A stretch of 64,000 bases of DNA from Eledone cirrhosa (Eukaryota). This document shows positions 43,032-56,845 of this stretch, in pieces; position 1 is the stretch's first letter; every line of letters starts with the position of its first letter. The notes beneath the pieces are model-generated. The model ran no database searches, was not told where the DNA came from, and was given only the letters and a program-made list of their open reading frames with translations. The stretch lies in assembly GCA_964016885.1 (NCBI GenBank), contig OZ024741.1:151342001-151406000 (forward strand). The letters are read 5' to 3'. The translations under genes and the position numbers were made by a program.

Positions 43032-43198
43032 GTATGTGTATAAATATATATGTATGTATATGTATATATATATGTATATGTGTATGTGTATGTATATGTA
43101 TGTGTGTGTATGTGTATGTATATGTATGTGTATATGTGTATATGTATGTATATATATGTATGTATATGTATATATATATATATATATATGTATGTGTA

Positions 43199-43249
<51 letters not shown>

Positions 43250-43404
43250 GTGTGTATATGTGTGTGTGTATATATGTATATATATGTGTGTATATATGTA
43301 TATGTATATATGTATGTGTATATGTATATATGTATATGTATGTGTATGTATATATATGCGTATATGTATATATATGTCTGTATATATATGTATATATATA
43401 TACG

Positions 43405-43437
<33 letters not shown>

Positions 43438-44004
43438 GTGTATGTGTGTGTGTATGTATATATGTATGTGTATATATATGTGTTTATATATGTATATGTA
43501 TATATATATGTATATGTATATTAATATATGTATATATGTATATGTATATGTGTATATGTGTATATGTATGTATGTATATGTGTGTGTCTGTATATGTATA
43601 TGTATATATATGTATTTATATATGTGTATGTGTGTATGTATATGTATATATATATATGTATGTGTATATGTATATATGTGTATATATGTATATATATATA
43701 TGTATATATATATATATGTGTATGTATATGTGTGTATATGTATATGTGTATGTGTATGTATATGTATATATATATATATGTATATGTATATATATATGTG
43801 TCTATATATACGTATGTATATATATGTATGTATATATATATATGTGTATATATGTGTGTATATGTATGTATATATGTATGTATATATGTGTATATGTGTA
43901 TGTATATGTGTATATATATATGTATATATGTGTGTATGTATATATGTATATATATGTATATATGTATGTATATGTGTATGTATATGTATATGTATATATA
44001 TATG

Positions 44005-44061
<57 letters not shown>

Positions 44062-44216
44062 GTGTGTATATGTGTGTGTGTATATATGTATATATATGTG
44101 TGTATATATGTATATGTATATATGTATGTGTATATGTATATATGTATATGTATGTGTATGTATATATATGCGTATATGTATATATATGTCTGTATATATA
44201 TGTATATATATATACG

Positions 44217-44249
<33 letters not shown>

Positions 44250-44892
44250 GTGTATGTGTGTGTGTATGTATATATGTATGTGTATATATATGTGTTTATA
44301 TATGTATATGTATATATATATGTATATGTATATTAATATATGTATATATGTATATGTATATGTGTATATGTGTATATGTATGTATGTATATGTGTGTGTC
44401 TGTATATGTATATGTATATATATGTATTTATATATGTGTATGTGTGTATGTATATGTATATATATATATGTATGTGTATATGTATATATGTGTATATATG
44501 TATATATATATATGTATATATATATATATGTGTATGTATATGTGTGTATATGTATATGTGTATGTGTATGTATATGTATATATATATATATGTATATGTA
44601 TATATATATGTGTCTATATATACGTATGTATATATATGTATGTATATATATATATGTGTATATATGTGTGTATATGTATGTATATATGTATGTATATATG
44701 TGTATATGTGTATGTATATGTGTATATATATATGTATATATGTGTGTATGTATATATGTATATATATGTATATATGTATGTATATGTGTATGTATATGTA
44801 TATGTATATATATATGTATATGTATATGTATATATATGTATATATGTATGTGTATATGTATATGTATATATATATGTGTGGATATATATATG

Positions 44893-44924
<32 letters not shown>

Positions 44925-46293
44925 TCTTCCGGGAGAGATGACCCCTTAGCCTTTGTCAAGGCAGAATTCTAGGAGAAGGAAAACTCTGATATAACACCTG
45001 CAACCCTGATGGTATCCAATGATGTTGACTTGTTCTTGTTTTTGGTAAATATCATCTTGGTTAAGAGAGTGGGACTGGCTTTGTGCAGTGCCTTTGCTCA
45101 CTATAAAAACTTCACAGCACAGGCATTGCTTTATATCTGGAGATCTCTCTGCACTTGTCATCACAGGGTACAATGGGCCAGCACTATGTGTCAGTAATTG
45201 TCACAAGTGTGGTGTTTGTACCAGAGTTTTCAAGTCGCTGGCTGGACTAAAAAGTCACACCCGTTTAGCTCATCAGTAGGGGTTCTCCTACATGGATATA
45301 AAGTAGTGGCCGTACTCGAAAACGAGTTGGCAGCCACCATATGTATATATATATATATATGTATATATATGTATGTATATGTATATATATGTAAATATGT
45401 ATGTACGTGTATGTATGTGTATGTATATGTGTGTGTATATGTATATATATATATATATATGTGTGTGTATGTATATGTATGTGTATGTGTGTATGTATAT
45501 ATATATATATATATGTATATGTAAATGTGTATATATATGTATATGTATATGTATGTATATGTATATGTATTTGTATGTATATATATGTATACATATGTAT
45601 GTCTAAATATATGTATATATATGTATATATATGTATATATGTATATATGTGTATATGTATATATATATATAGATATATATATATATGTATATGTGTATAT
45701 ATGTATATATATATGTATATGTATATGTATATATGTATATATGTATATATGTATATGTATGTATATGTATATATATATGTATATGTATATATATATTTAT
45801 ATGTATATGTATATGTGTATATATATGTATATGTATATGTATGTGTATATGTATATATATCTATGTATATGTATATGTATGTATATATATGTGTATATGT
45901 ATATATATATATGTGTGTATGTATATATATGTGTATATGTATGTGTATATATGTGTGTGTATGTATATGTATATATATATGTATATATATATGTATATAT
46001 CTATATATATGTATATGTATATATATGTATATATGTATATATATATATATGTGTATATATATATATATATGTATGTATGTGTATGTGTATATATATATAT
46101 ATATGTATGTATATGTATATATATATGTATATATATATACGTATATATATATGTATGTATATGTATATGTATATGTGTATGTGTATGTATATGTATGGGT
46201 GTGTATGTGTATGTATATATATGTGTATATGTATGTATATATATGTATGTATGTATGTACATGTATATATATATATATATATATGTATGTGTA

Positions 46294-46326
<33 letters not shown>

Positions 46327-46477
46327 GTATATGTATGTGTGTATATGTGTGTGTAATTATGTATATATATGTGTGTATATATGTATATGTATATATATAT
46401 ATGTGTATATGTATATATGTATATGTATGTGTATGTATCTATATGTATATATGTATATATATGTGTGTATATATATG

Positions 46478-46510
<33 letters not shown>

Positions 46511-47039
46511 GTATATAAGTGTGTATGTGTGTGTATGTATATATGCATGTTTATATATATGTGTTTATATATGTATATGTATATATATATGTATATATAT
46601 ATGTATATATGTATATGTATATGTGTATATGTGTATATGTATGTATATGTGTGTGTATGTATATGTATATGTATATATATATATATGTATTTTTATATGT
46701 GTATGTGTGTATGTATATGTATATATATATGTATGTGTATATGTATATATGTGTATATATGTGTATATATATATGTATATATATATATGTGTGTATGTAT
46801 ATGTGTGTATATGTATATCTGTATGTGTATGTATATGTATATATATATATGTATATGTATATATATATGTGTGTATATATACGTATCTATATATATGTAT
46901 GTATATATATATATATGTGTGTATATATGTGTGTATATGTATGTATATATGTATGTATATATGTGTATATGTGTATGTATATGTGTATATATATATGTGT
47001 ATATGTGTGTATATATATATGTATATATATGTATATTTG

Positions 47040-47076
<37 letters not shown>

Positions 47077-47623
47077 GTATATATATATGTATATGTATGT
47101 ATATGTATGTATATGTATATGTATATATATATATGTATATGTATATGTATATATATGTATATATGTATGTGTATATGTATATGTATGTATATATATATAT
47201 ATATATATCTTCCGGGAGAGATGACCCCTTAGCCTTTGTCAAGGCAGAATTCTAGGAGAAGGAAAACTCTGATATAACACCTGCATCCCTGATGGTATCC
47301 AATGATGTTGACTTGTTATTGTTTTTAGTAAATATCATCTTGGTTAAGAGAGTGGGACTGGCTTTGTGCATTGTCTTTGCTAACTATAAAAGCTTCACGG
47401 CACAGGCATTGCTTTATATCTGGAGATCTCTCTGCACTTGTCATCACAGGGTACAATGGGCCCAGCACTATGTGTCAGTAATTATCACAAGTGTAGTGTT
47501 TGTACCAGAGTTTTCAAGTCGCTGGCTGGACTAAAAAGTCACACTCGTTCAGCGCATCAGTAGGGGTTCTCCTACATGGATATAAAGTAGTGGCCGTTCT
47601 CGAAAACTAGTTGGCAGCCACCA
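41833..47623 (+). repeat. Three direct copies of a ~400-bp decayed RTE zinc-finger 3' end (41833-42237, 44926-45340, 47209-47623) separated by complex (TA/TG/TATG) tracts
   Basis: Near-identical gatgaccccttagcctttgtc...ttggcagccacca; [19 protein letters not shown]. Confidence 0.9.
43225..44850. repeat. 812-bp tandem duplication within low-complexity tract
   Basis: Rare markers (atgcgt, gtctgt, tattaa) recur at an 812-bp offset (43358/44170; ORF ends 43524/44336). Confidence 0.8.
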
Positions 47624-47735
47624 TGTATGTATGTATGTAGGTATGTATGTAAGTATGCATGTATATATGTACGTATGTATGTTTGTATATATTTATGTAT
47701 ATATATATATATACACACACACACACCCACATATA

Positions 47736-47817
<82 letters not shown>

Positions 47818-47913
47818 TATATATATAAATATATATACATACATACATATATACATACATACATATATACATATATACATACATGCATATAAATACATGC
47901 ATACACACACACC

Positions 47914-47969
<56 letters not shown>

Positions 47970-48483
47970 TATTTGTGGGTGTGCAGGTGGGTTTATGGAT
48001 TTGTATGTTTATGTATGTCTATGAGTATATGCCTATGAGTATATGTTTATGTAGTTGAATGTTGCAATAGAGGAAGTCTCGCATAAGATCAGTAAATATG
48101 ATCGGAAGCTGTTTGACTGTATAACTTTAGCTGGTTTATCTATATGTGGCTTAAGAACCTTCAATAACACCGACGTGTCTATTATTTTACTCGCTGAGCC
48201 AATGAGTAGCAAATATTTGTCAGTGTGATACTAGATATCTCTGTAGAAATATTAAAGTACAATTAGCTGTCTATACAATTGGCTGCATTATTTCTTATTG
48301 AGTTAAACCAAAAGTAGACAGAGAATATATGATAATATGCGCACTTTTATGTAGTCGTCTATGTTTCTCTGTTTCTCTTTGTCTTGCTACCTCTCTCTCT
48401 ATTTCTCTCCCAGTCACTCTTTCGCTTTATATATATGTATGTGTGTATGTATGCAGACATACATGCATATATTTGCCTTTATG

Positions 48484-48590
<107 letters not shown>

Positions 48591-48791
48591 ATGTGTGTGT
48601 CTGTGTGTGTGTGCGTATGTGTGTGTCTGTGTGTGTGTAAGAGAGAGACAGAGAGAGACAGAGGGAGAGAAAGAGAGATAATCCCGAGCACTTGGCGCCT
48701 CGGTTAGGATGATACATATCTCTCTACCCAATCTGCATTTCCCCATGCATTGGGTACTCCCATGATTAGAGATCTCTTCTTTCACAGTACC

Positions 48792-48875
<84 letters not shown>

Positions 48876-48913
48876 AAAGACTGCCTGAGTTTTGAACTCA
48901 TTATTATTGATAG

Positions 48914-48939
<26 letters not shown>

Positions 48940-48944
<5 letters not shown>

Positions 48945-49450
48945 AGATCAAAAGATGGTTAAAAGAGTTCCATGTATTTTATTATACGCATTTCAAAGAC
49001 AAATATCATCATGGGATGATATCTGCGTTCTCACCAGATAAAATAGGGAGACATGATATGAAGCTTAAAAAACACTTGTGAATAGTGAAGTTTTAAATTA
49101 ACATATGAAAAATAAATTAAGATTGATGTATGAGATTGGCAAAAAGTGAGGCGGGGTGGAAAGGGTAAGGAAGAGGAAGAAATAAGAGTAAAGGATGGTG
49201 GGGGAGTAGTATAAGAAGGAAGGATGAGATAGGAGGAGAGATGGGTGATGCAGAGAGAGAGATAGCCTTTACAACTGAGAAAAAACTATTGTCTCACAGA
49301 GAGAAATTAAAAAGGCGTTGGAAGATAATAGATAATTTAAAAGATTTTGACATTAAAAGTTAGTGAGGTTTATGCATGAAGAAAAAGGAATTAAGAATAG
49401 TATTAAATTAAGATTTGTATATGAAGGGTTTAATAATATGTGCGAAGAAA
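48940..49450 (-). mobile_element. PLE-type 3' UTR/pLTR with HHR (family of 5150-5705)
   Basis: Minus strand: ttttat-CTGGTGA...GAAATGCGTATA-ATAAAA. Confidence 0.7.
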
Positions 49451-49587
49451 AGAATTTATATATATATATATATATATACCCGAAGTATCGAGTATTCTGG
49501 TAGGTAATGGTCTAACTGGTTTTTACCACCTCCAATCTAATATATATATACAGAAAAAATTGCCAACTTGACTGTCACCACACATTA

Positions 49588-49626
49588 TGAACCTGAAGAT
49601 TGCGAAAGCATGAAAGTACTTGTTCA
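49588..49626 (+). ncRNA. Minimal type I HHR, intact core
   Basis: TGAAC-CTGAAGA-TTGC GAAA GCAT-GAAAG TA CTT-GTTCA. Confidence 0.8.
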
Positions 49627-49737
49627 ATTAACATTTAACATTTAATATTCTACCATACTATTTTATTATAATATCATTATAATTTTAAAGGATTGTAAAT
49701 AAAACGAGTAAATCAGACAATGTTGGAATTCCTTTTA

Positions 49738-49807
<70 letters not shown>

Positions 49808-51270
49808 TTTCATTTTCTGTACATTTCGATACATATATGCTTTTATTTCGCGAAAAGTTTCTCATGCAAGCCATCAAGATCGTAAAAATATTCGAAAAGG
49901 TTCCGTTCATATGTACCTTTATTTACAAGAACAGCATTAGAGCTGAATGGCAAAATGCACGGTAGCAGAATTTCAATCAATAAAATGGGAACCAAGTTAA
50001 ACAAATTCTTTGACCTATACTGCAAATAAATATTGCAGGAAAAACCAAACTCGCAATTTAGTTTTATATGAAGTGATACAGAAAGAAGGAACATTCCATT
50101 GGCGTGGGAGTAGCTGAGGGAAAAATTAGAAATAGAGAGTGAAAGAGGAAGTAAAACAAATATCGTTTCTTGCTCTGTGTATTCAGCATGGTTTTCTATT
50201 ATCTCTTCAAATCACTCTTTCTCTCTATGTCGTTTCAATTGATATACTCCCCGCTCTTCTTTTCTTTCTTTTAACATTTTCTGATATAGGGCTAGCGATC
50301 TTGTGTACGTCCTAAAACATTCAATGTCCTCTTCAAATATTCATGCTAATATTGCATAGAAATTGATAAATAAATTACACATTTGACCTAATTGGTCAAT
50401 TGTACATTAGCTCTGACTGAATGAGGACTGTTTACCGAGATTGCCGATGTATTTTTCTGTATTGCGCCAAGTGGAACATAATCAACCATTATGCATTTAA
50501 TGCCGCATTGTTTCTGTATAATGTTTATTTCCAAATTACATGTGATACTGTAGCGCATACTGAGCCAAGTTGACCTGAAATCATTCCATTTATTCTAGCG
50601 AAAAGATTGAATTTATCGTTGCTCTTTAAAGGTCAACTAACGCAAAAATGCACGCTACAATAGCTACAATGTATCATATGAGAATTAAGAACAATATGAA
50701 TAGAATAAAACCAACTGAATGCGGTTTTGTAAGATGTTGTATGCATTTTGTTCTTTGTTAATAACTGGTTATTCTGTTTTACATCACAACTAATAATTTC
50801 GCGATATTATAACTCTTCGGGTAATGCAAAGTAAGATCAATTGTATAGGTTTATGCATGACACACTCTATATATCCTGTATATGTATGTATATATGAAAT
50901 ACACTCTCTACCATTCCGCCATATCACAAAAACGTTATTACCCATACTTCAAATGAAATAAATACTTCTAGACTCTCTTAAATCTGGGGTACATGCAAGA
51001 GCATTCATCTGTTCTACAACAAAAGCATGTGCCGTAAAATAGTTCTGATAATGGCCACCATTACTGTCAAAATCTCAGGTATTCCTTCTTCCCTGTCTTT
51101 TAAAATAAACCAGGTTCCAAATATGGCTCAGTGTGCTGACAATGATTAATGCTGGCCACGCACTAAATCATTCTTTCTTGACCTTTCAGCTAGACAGATA
51201 ACAAAATGGAATGCGGATATACACGGATATATATATATATGATAACAAGGTATCGTTTAAGGTAATCCAT

Positions 51271-51382
51271 CAGTATTCTGACGATTTGATCGCGTATCGA
51301 TTGTAGTTAGGCTCGAGTGATGTAAATCTAACGATCAGCGGCTTTTAGACTCATCCGATTAAAGAAACAATTGTTAATACTG
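51271..51382 (+). ncRNA. Type I HHR with ~63-nt insertion in stem II loop
   Basis: CAGTATT-CTGACGA-TTTGATCG...CGATTAAA-GAAAC AATT GTT-AATACTG, followed by AATAAA and a TA tail. Confidence 0.8.
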
Positions 51383-51430
51383 TAAATAAACCCTATTGTA
51401 CAGTCGCCCATGTTCTTCTTCATTCCTTTG

Positions 51431-51497
<67 letters not shown>

Positions 51498-51547
51498 TAG
51501 ATAGATAGATATATGGAGAATTGGATTGGGTGAGTAGTTGCTAGTTA

Positions 51548-51942
51548 AGGTAGTTTAAAATGGAATGAGAATAAGAAGAAAGCAAGAACGGGGAGAGTTT
51601 TCCTCATCAGTTGGCTACTGGGGGTCTCGGATATTTCAACGCTTTAAAGACAAGACATCTACCCCCAGAGGGTTCAATAACTGGGTAAGTTATTGGGAAA
51701 ACGGAAGAGGGAGGGAAATGGGTTTGTTGTTTTTTTCGCTGTTTTCTCTTTTCTTCCGTTTTCCCTTCTATTTTCCCTCCCTCCTCCGTTGTCCCCATAA
51801 CTTACCCAGTTATTGAACGCTCTGGGGTTAGATATATTGTCTTTAAAGCGTTGAAATATCCGAGACCCCCAGTAGACAACAGAGGAGGAACCCCCCCCCC
51901 CCGTTCTTGCTTCCTTCTTATTGAAATTCTATTTAAAGCTAT
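51548..51942. mobile_element. Fold-back element in TA tract
   Basis: ~170-bp inverted arms (ctactgggggtctcggatatttcaacgctttaaagac / gtctttaaagcgttgaaatatccgagacccccagtag). Confidence 0.8.
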
Positions 51943-52469
51943 ATATATATAAATGGAATAGAATGAAACGAAATTTAATTTCTCACTCTTAGTACGGCAG
52001 TTACTTAAATGTAAGTATGTATGTATATATACGTACATACATATATGTATACAGACGTAAAGTAGTATGTATATATATACATACATGCACACATATATAT
52101 ATGCACGTGTATATATTAATTATAAAATGTAGAGAAGGAGCACACGAGTTGGAATATTTGTAAATAATATTATTCTTTCTTCCCCATTTCCTTAACATGT
52201 TCAACATCACCAACATTTTACACCAATACTAATTCCCCCCTTTGATAATGCATAAAATGCTGAAACCGGTAATAGGCAATTATTAAATATATAAATAAAT
52301 AAATAAATAAATGCCATTGTTAATTAATAAATAAATTAACGAATACCGTAACACTTCACACAAAGTAAACTATTTTGTTTTAAACATTTTCTAACCCAGA
52401 AAAAAGAGAAAAAATTAAAGGAAAAAATATATTTTTCTTCCTAATAATCGTCTTTTTCTCCCTATTTTC

Positions 52470-52612
<143 letters not shown>

Positions 52613-52699
52613 AGCAAAAGAGATATTTAATTTGTTGGTAATTCAACAAATTTATTTATAACAGATTCGAAGCACTCAACAATAAAAACCTGGAGTATA

Positions 52700-53040
52700 A
52701 TATCAATGATATTAATAAATGGAAACTATATTTATAAAACCATATTTATTTTATTATATATATTTCAAGGGTTACAAAAACTTGTGTACGCCCTCATCAG
52801 ATAAAATACAAAATTTGTTTTATAAATAGTGACATAACCCAGAAACCAGTCCTTATCGGTTCAAGTTCCGTTTGGATTGAACCGATAAGATCTGGTTTCT
52901 GGGGTATGTCACTATTTTTAAAACGAATTTTGTATTTTATCTGATGAGGGCCTACCAAAGTTTTTGGCACCCTTGAAATATATATAATAAAATAAATATA
53001 GTTTTATAAATATAGTTTCCATTTATTAATATCATTGATA
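52700..53040. mobile_element. Fold-back HHR element (family of 405-1352)
   Basis: Arms meet at ~52865; plus-strand HHR 52933-52994 TATTTTAT-CTGATGA-GGG...CCCTT-GAAAT ATAT ATA-ATAAAATA, mirrored at ~52747-52808. Confidence 0.85.
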
Positions 53041-53057
53041 TATATATATATCATAAT

Positions 53058-53250
53058 AATAATTGTTTCTACTTTAGGCACAAGGCCAGCAACATACCCA
53101 GTGCATTACTGGTACTTTATTTTATCGACCCCGTAAGGATGAAAGGCAAAGTCAACCTCGGCGGGATTTGAACTCAGATCGTAAAGGGACCTAACTATGC
53201 TAGAAACCATGGCGTCCGACCCTCTACCGATACTTCCAATCCACCGCCCT
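53058..53250 (-). mobile_element. tRNA SINE (same family as 14752)
   Basis: Full-length copy. Confidence 0.9.
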
Positions 53251-53683
53251 CATAATAATAATAAACCGCTATCATAATAATAATAAACGAAAGTCAGTTA
53301 CTTTAGACAATCCCAATTTATTTTGATATAAGTATTTCGAAGATGCAAGGCTTGTGTATAACATAAACCAAAACCTGTTCTCTTCAGAGAAAATCCACTG
53401 GAGATGTAGAAAATATAAGATACGCAGGCAGTCAGACGAGCTGTTCAAATCCTTAGCCAACAAGCATATGAGATTTAAAACCCTCAACACAGAAGATATT
53501 ATATGAGTGGGAGAAATATTACAGTTGGTATTAACGTTTTCGAACTGGCGATAGTGTGATGACATTAGATTTGTAAAAAATTAAAAACAAGAACAAATAT
53601 TGACCGTTAGGCTATTTATTTAAATCTTAAGTTAGATTAAATTAGATACTAGATTAAAAAATATATATTCAAAGATAAAAGTC

Positions 53684-53868
53684 AATAATTGTTTCTACTT
53701 TAGGCACAAGGCCAGCAATTACCAGTGCATTACTGGTACTTTATTTTATCGACCCCGTAAGGATGAAAGGCAAAGTCAACCTCGGCGGGATTTGAACTCA
53801 GATGGTAAAGGGACGTAACTATGCTGGAAAGCATGGCGTCCGACCCTCTACCGATACTGCCAATCCAC
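53684..53868 (-). mobile_element. tRNA SINE (same family as 14752)
   Basis: Near full-length copy. Confidence 0.9.
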
Positions 53869-53880
53869 GTCAATAATGTA

Positions 53881-54000
<120 letters not shown>

Positions 54001-54083
54001 TCGGTGTGGGTGTGGGTATATATATATATATATATATTATTCAGAATAATAATAAATGAAGACATTCACATAATCAAAATATA

Positions 54084-54149
54084 TGTTTTATTATATATAT
54101 TTCGAAGGTACTGTGCTGCTTTTTCAGTACGTCCTCGTCAGATAAAATA
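54084..54149 (-). ncRNA. Type I HHR (family of 10839-11138)
   Basis: TATTTTAT-CTGACGA-GGACGTACTG...CAGTACCTTC-GAAAT ATAT ATA-ATAAAACA. Confidence 0.75.
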
Positions 54150-54208
54150 CATGAATTGATGTATGACATACCTCAGCGGTCTGGATAGTTCAATTCCAGT
54201 ATTGGCAG

Positions 54209-54366
<158 letters not shown>

Positions 54367-54407
54367 ATGTATACATATATATATATATATATAAATATAT
54401 GTATGTA

Positions 54408-55232
54408 TGTTATCTCTTTCTCTTAATTTCGAGTATATTTTTTTGACCGGCCACCTTCCTGGTGGCAAGGTTGTAAAAGAAAAGAAATTGTCATCCATTG
54501 AATCGCAAGAATGTTTTGCAAATTTTGAAGCTGCCAGCTATCGCAGCCATTTGTAGACTATGAATTAGGGAGCTACGCTCTTTGTCCGCAAATCCAAGTT
54601 CAGTCATACTTTGGTCCAAGCGGATTGGTATATAACCCGTAGCTCCAATAATGATGGGTATGAAGCTAAAGGTGTATCTTGGATACTGGATTTGTAAACT
54701 CCTCATCAATGGTCCGTAGATGTCCTCCTTCTCCTGTATATATCTGACAACATTTACACAAGTAGGCAGCTGATCTCCACAACAGAACACGTGTTCAATG
54801 TGTGGTCCCAAACAACAATATCAGGCCAGTTGTGCTTTAATTTGGCGGCAGTTTTTATTTTTAGGTTCCACCAGTATTCCTTAGTGCCATCTGTCTCAAT
54901 ATATTCTTCCTCGTTTGTTGTTAATTTTGTTTTCCGAAGTGAGTTCCAGATGGTTCTAGCTATCCCATCGTGTCTCACGGGGAGGTAGTAGCGAGATGAC
55001 ATTATTTCGCAGCTGGCAACAATGTGGCTTACATCCTCGATCTTTGTTTTACATAACCTACATTTTGTGCAGCAGATATTTGGTAGGGAGTTCTTGTTCC
55101 TGTATTGCATAGAGATATCCCTCAAGGTGTGATGTCATAAACTTGTCGGAACTCCATGCCAGGCTTTTTGAGTGGTTTATCCCCTCTATGGTCTGAGTTT
55201 TACGTCTCAAGTATCCATGCACAACTTTTTCT
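54408..55232 (-). mobile_element. R4/Dong-type LINE 3' end (family of 26081-26650)
   Basis: HGYLRR..AIQEQE..CRLC..HIVASC..RHD..WPDIVVWD..FIPIIIGATG; (CATA)n at both ends. Confidence 0.9.
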
Positions 55233-56632
55233 GTATGTATGTATGTGTATATGTATGTAGATCTGTAGCACCTGTTCATGTGTTCCCACTATGTAATGTA
55301 TTTTGTTCACTCTGATATTAAAATTCGTATTTACAACATATGATTTTGTTAAATCATAGAGTGAGTGGTAAACGGCGATCTTGGATGAAATCTAATTGTC
55401 TGGCTCGTTAAAACTAATATTTACTTTTCCCCAGTAACGGATTTACTTCTTATCGTAAGTTGAATATTATGTGTTTCTATATTAATCCGATTTCTACTTA
55501 TTAGGCACTTCTGCTATTGTTGTCTATATGACATACTTGGTTACATACTTAGTTGAGGTCTATGACGTGATTTTCAAACTGTTTTAATTTAACTGCCAAT
55601 TCTGTACTTTGTTGAAGGAATCTGACAAATTTCCTCTTTGCAAGGTCACGTGACGCTGCTGCATATGTTCGGTCACTGTTTCTTTAACGGACGGGTTCCT
55701 TCGATAGAATTTAGGAATAAAATGCCGTTGATAATCCACGGCGACGTTTCTGACCGTGAAATTTCTTGATTTTTTTTTTTTCAGAAATAAATAGTACTTT
55801 CTGTGATTTAAAAATAAAAGTAAAAATAAAACCTAGTTTCTTTGATTTGCAAATGTATTGACTGTTCACAAGATGATATCTGGAGGTCCGGAGCACCTTT
55901 TCCTGTTTTCCACGCAATTCCGTTTGTCTCAATATGTAACGTATTGTATTTACTCTGCTTTTCTGACTTCCCATCACAACTGGAGCCAGCAGGCCTCGAC
56001 TGAAGAGACAGTAAGCGAATGAATTACCCTCTTCCCATTCGAAGTAGGTAGAAGCCCCACCTTGGACGCGTTCTCTGCCTTCAACTTAATCGCTTCGACC
56101 ACAAACCCAGGTACTGCGGCCCGCAATGCATAGCAAAGTAAGACTAACAATTAACAGGGATTCTTTCAGCAGCTTCCTCTTCGGACCGGTCGCCCTCAGG
56201 ACTTCAGGCGTACTCGAACCCCATACTGCCGAGCTCCCCCATAAGATCGGAACGTTAGCAGCTAGTCTGGGGAAAAATCTCCACGAGGTGGGTGGCTGTT
56301 GCAATGGGTGTCGCTGGCCATTGTCCACGAAAATGCTTTTACGGTCTTGACCGGGGAGCGTAGCCACAACAAAGCCGCGCCCTAAGACCAAAGACCATCA
56401 CTCTCCCTCTTCCCCTTCCCATTATTCTGCGGCCCTTGAGCCTTTGCTTCTCCCTTCTTTTCCGTTTTTAAATTTGTGTCGTGTTGTTCTAATTATTTTA
56501 TAGTAATTCGTTCACGTAGTCACTTATTTATTATTTTATTAAAGAAATGTTCCTCTTATAATAAATTGCCAATAAAAAGAAACGCAGACAGAAAGATATA
56601 AACATATTATATACACATATACTTATACACAT

Positions 56633-56665
<33 letters not shown>

Positions 56666-56783
56666 CACAGACACCCACACCCACACACCTACACACACCT
56701 CACCAAGCGTTAACCTAATATATCCCTTCCACATACTGTACCGATTGTGTTGTTATTTCTGTTTACCTTTTACACACACACAA

Positions 56784-56845
<62 letters not shown>

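Noticed and set aside
42600-47255. Very long ORFs (up to 777 aa) rich in Y/I/M/C/V
   Set aside because: Translations of TA/TG microsatellite, which lacks stop codons; the same applies to all IYIY/CVCV/HTHT ORFs in the track
51800-51870. HHR in the 51548-51942 hairpin
   Set aside because: Stem II and GAAATATC are present but there is no CUGANGA/UUGANAA core at the required position
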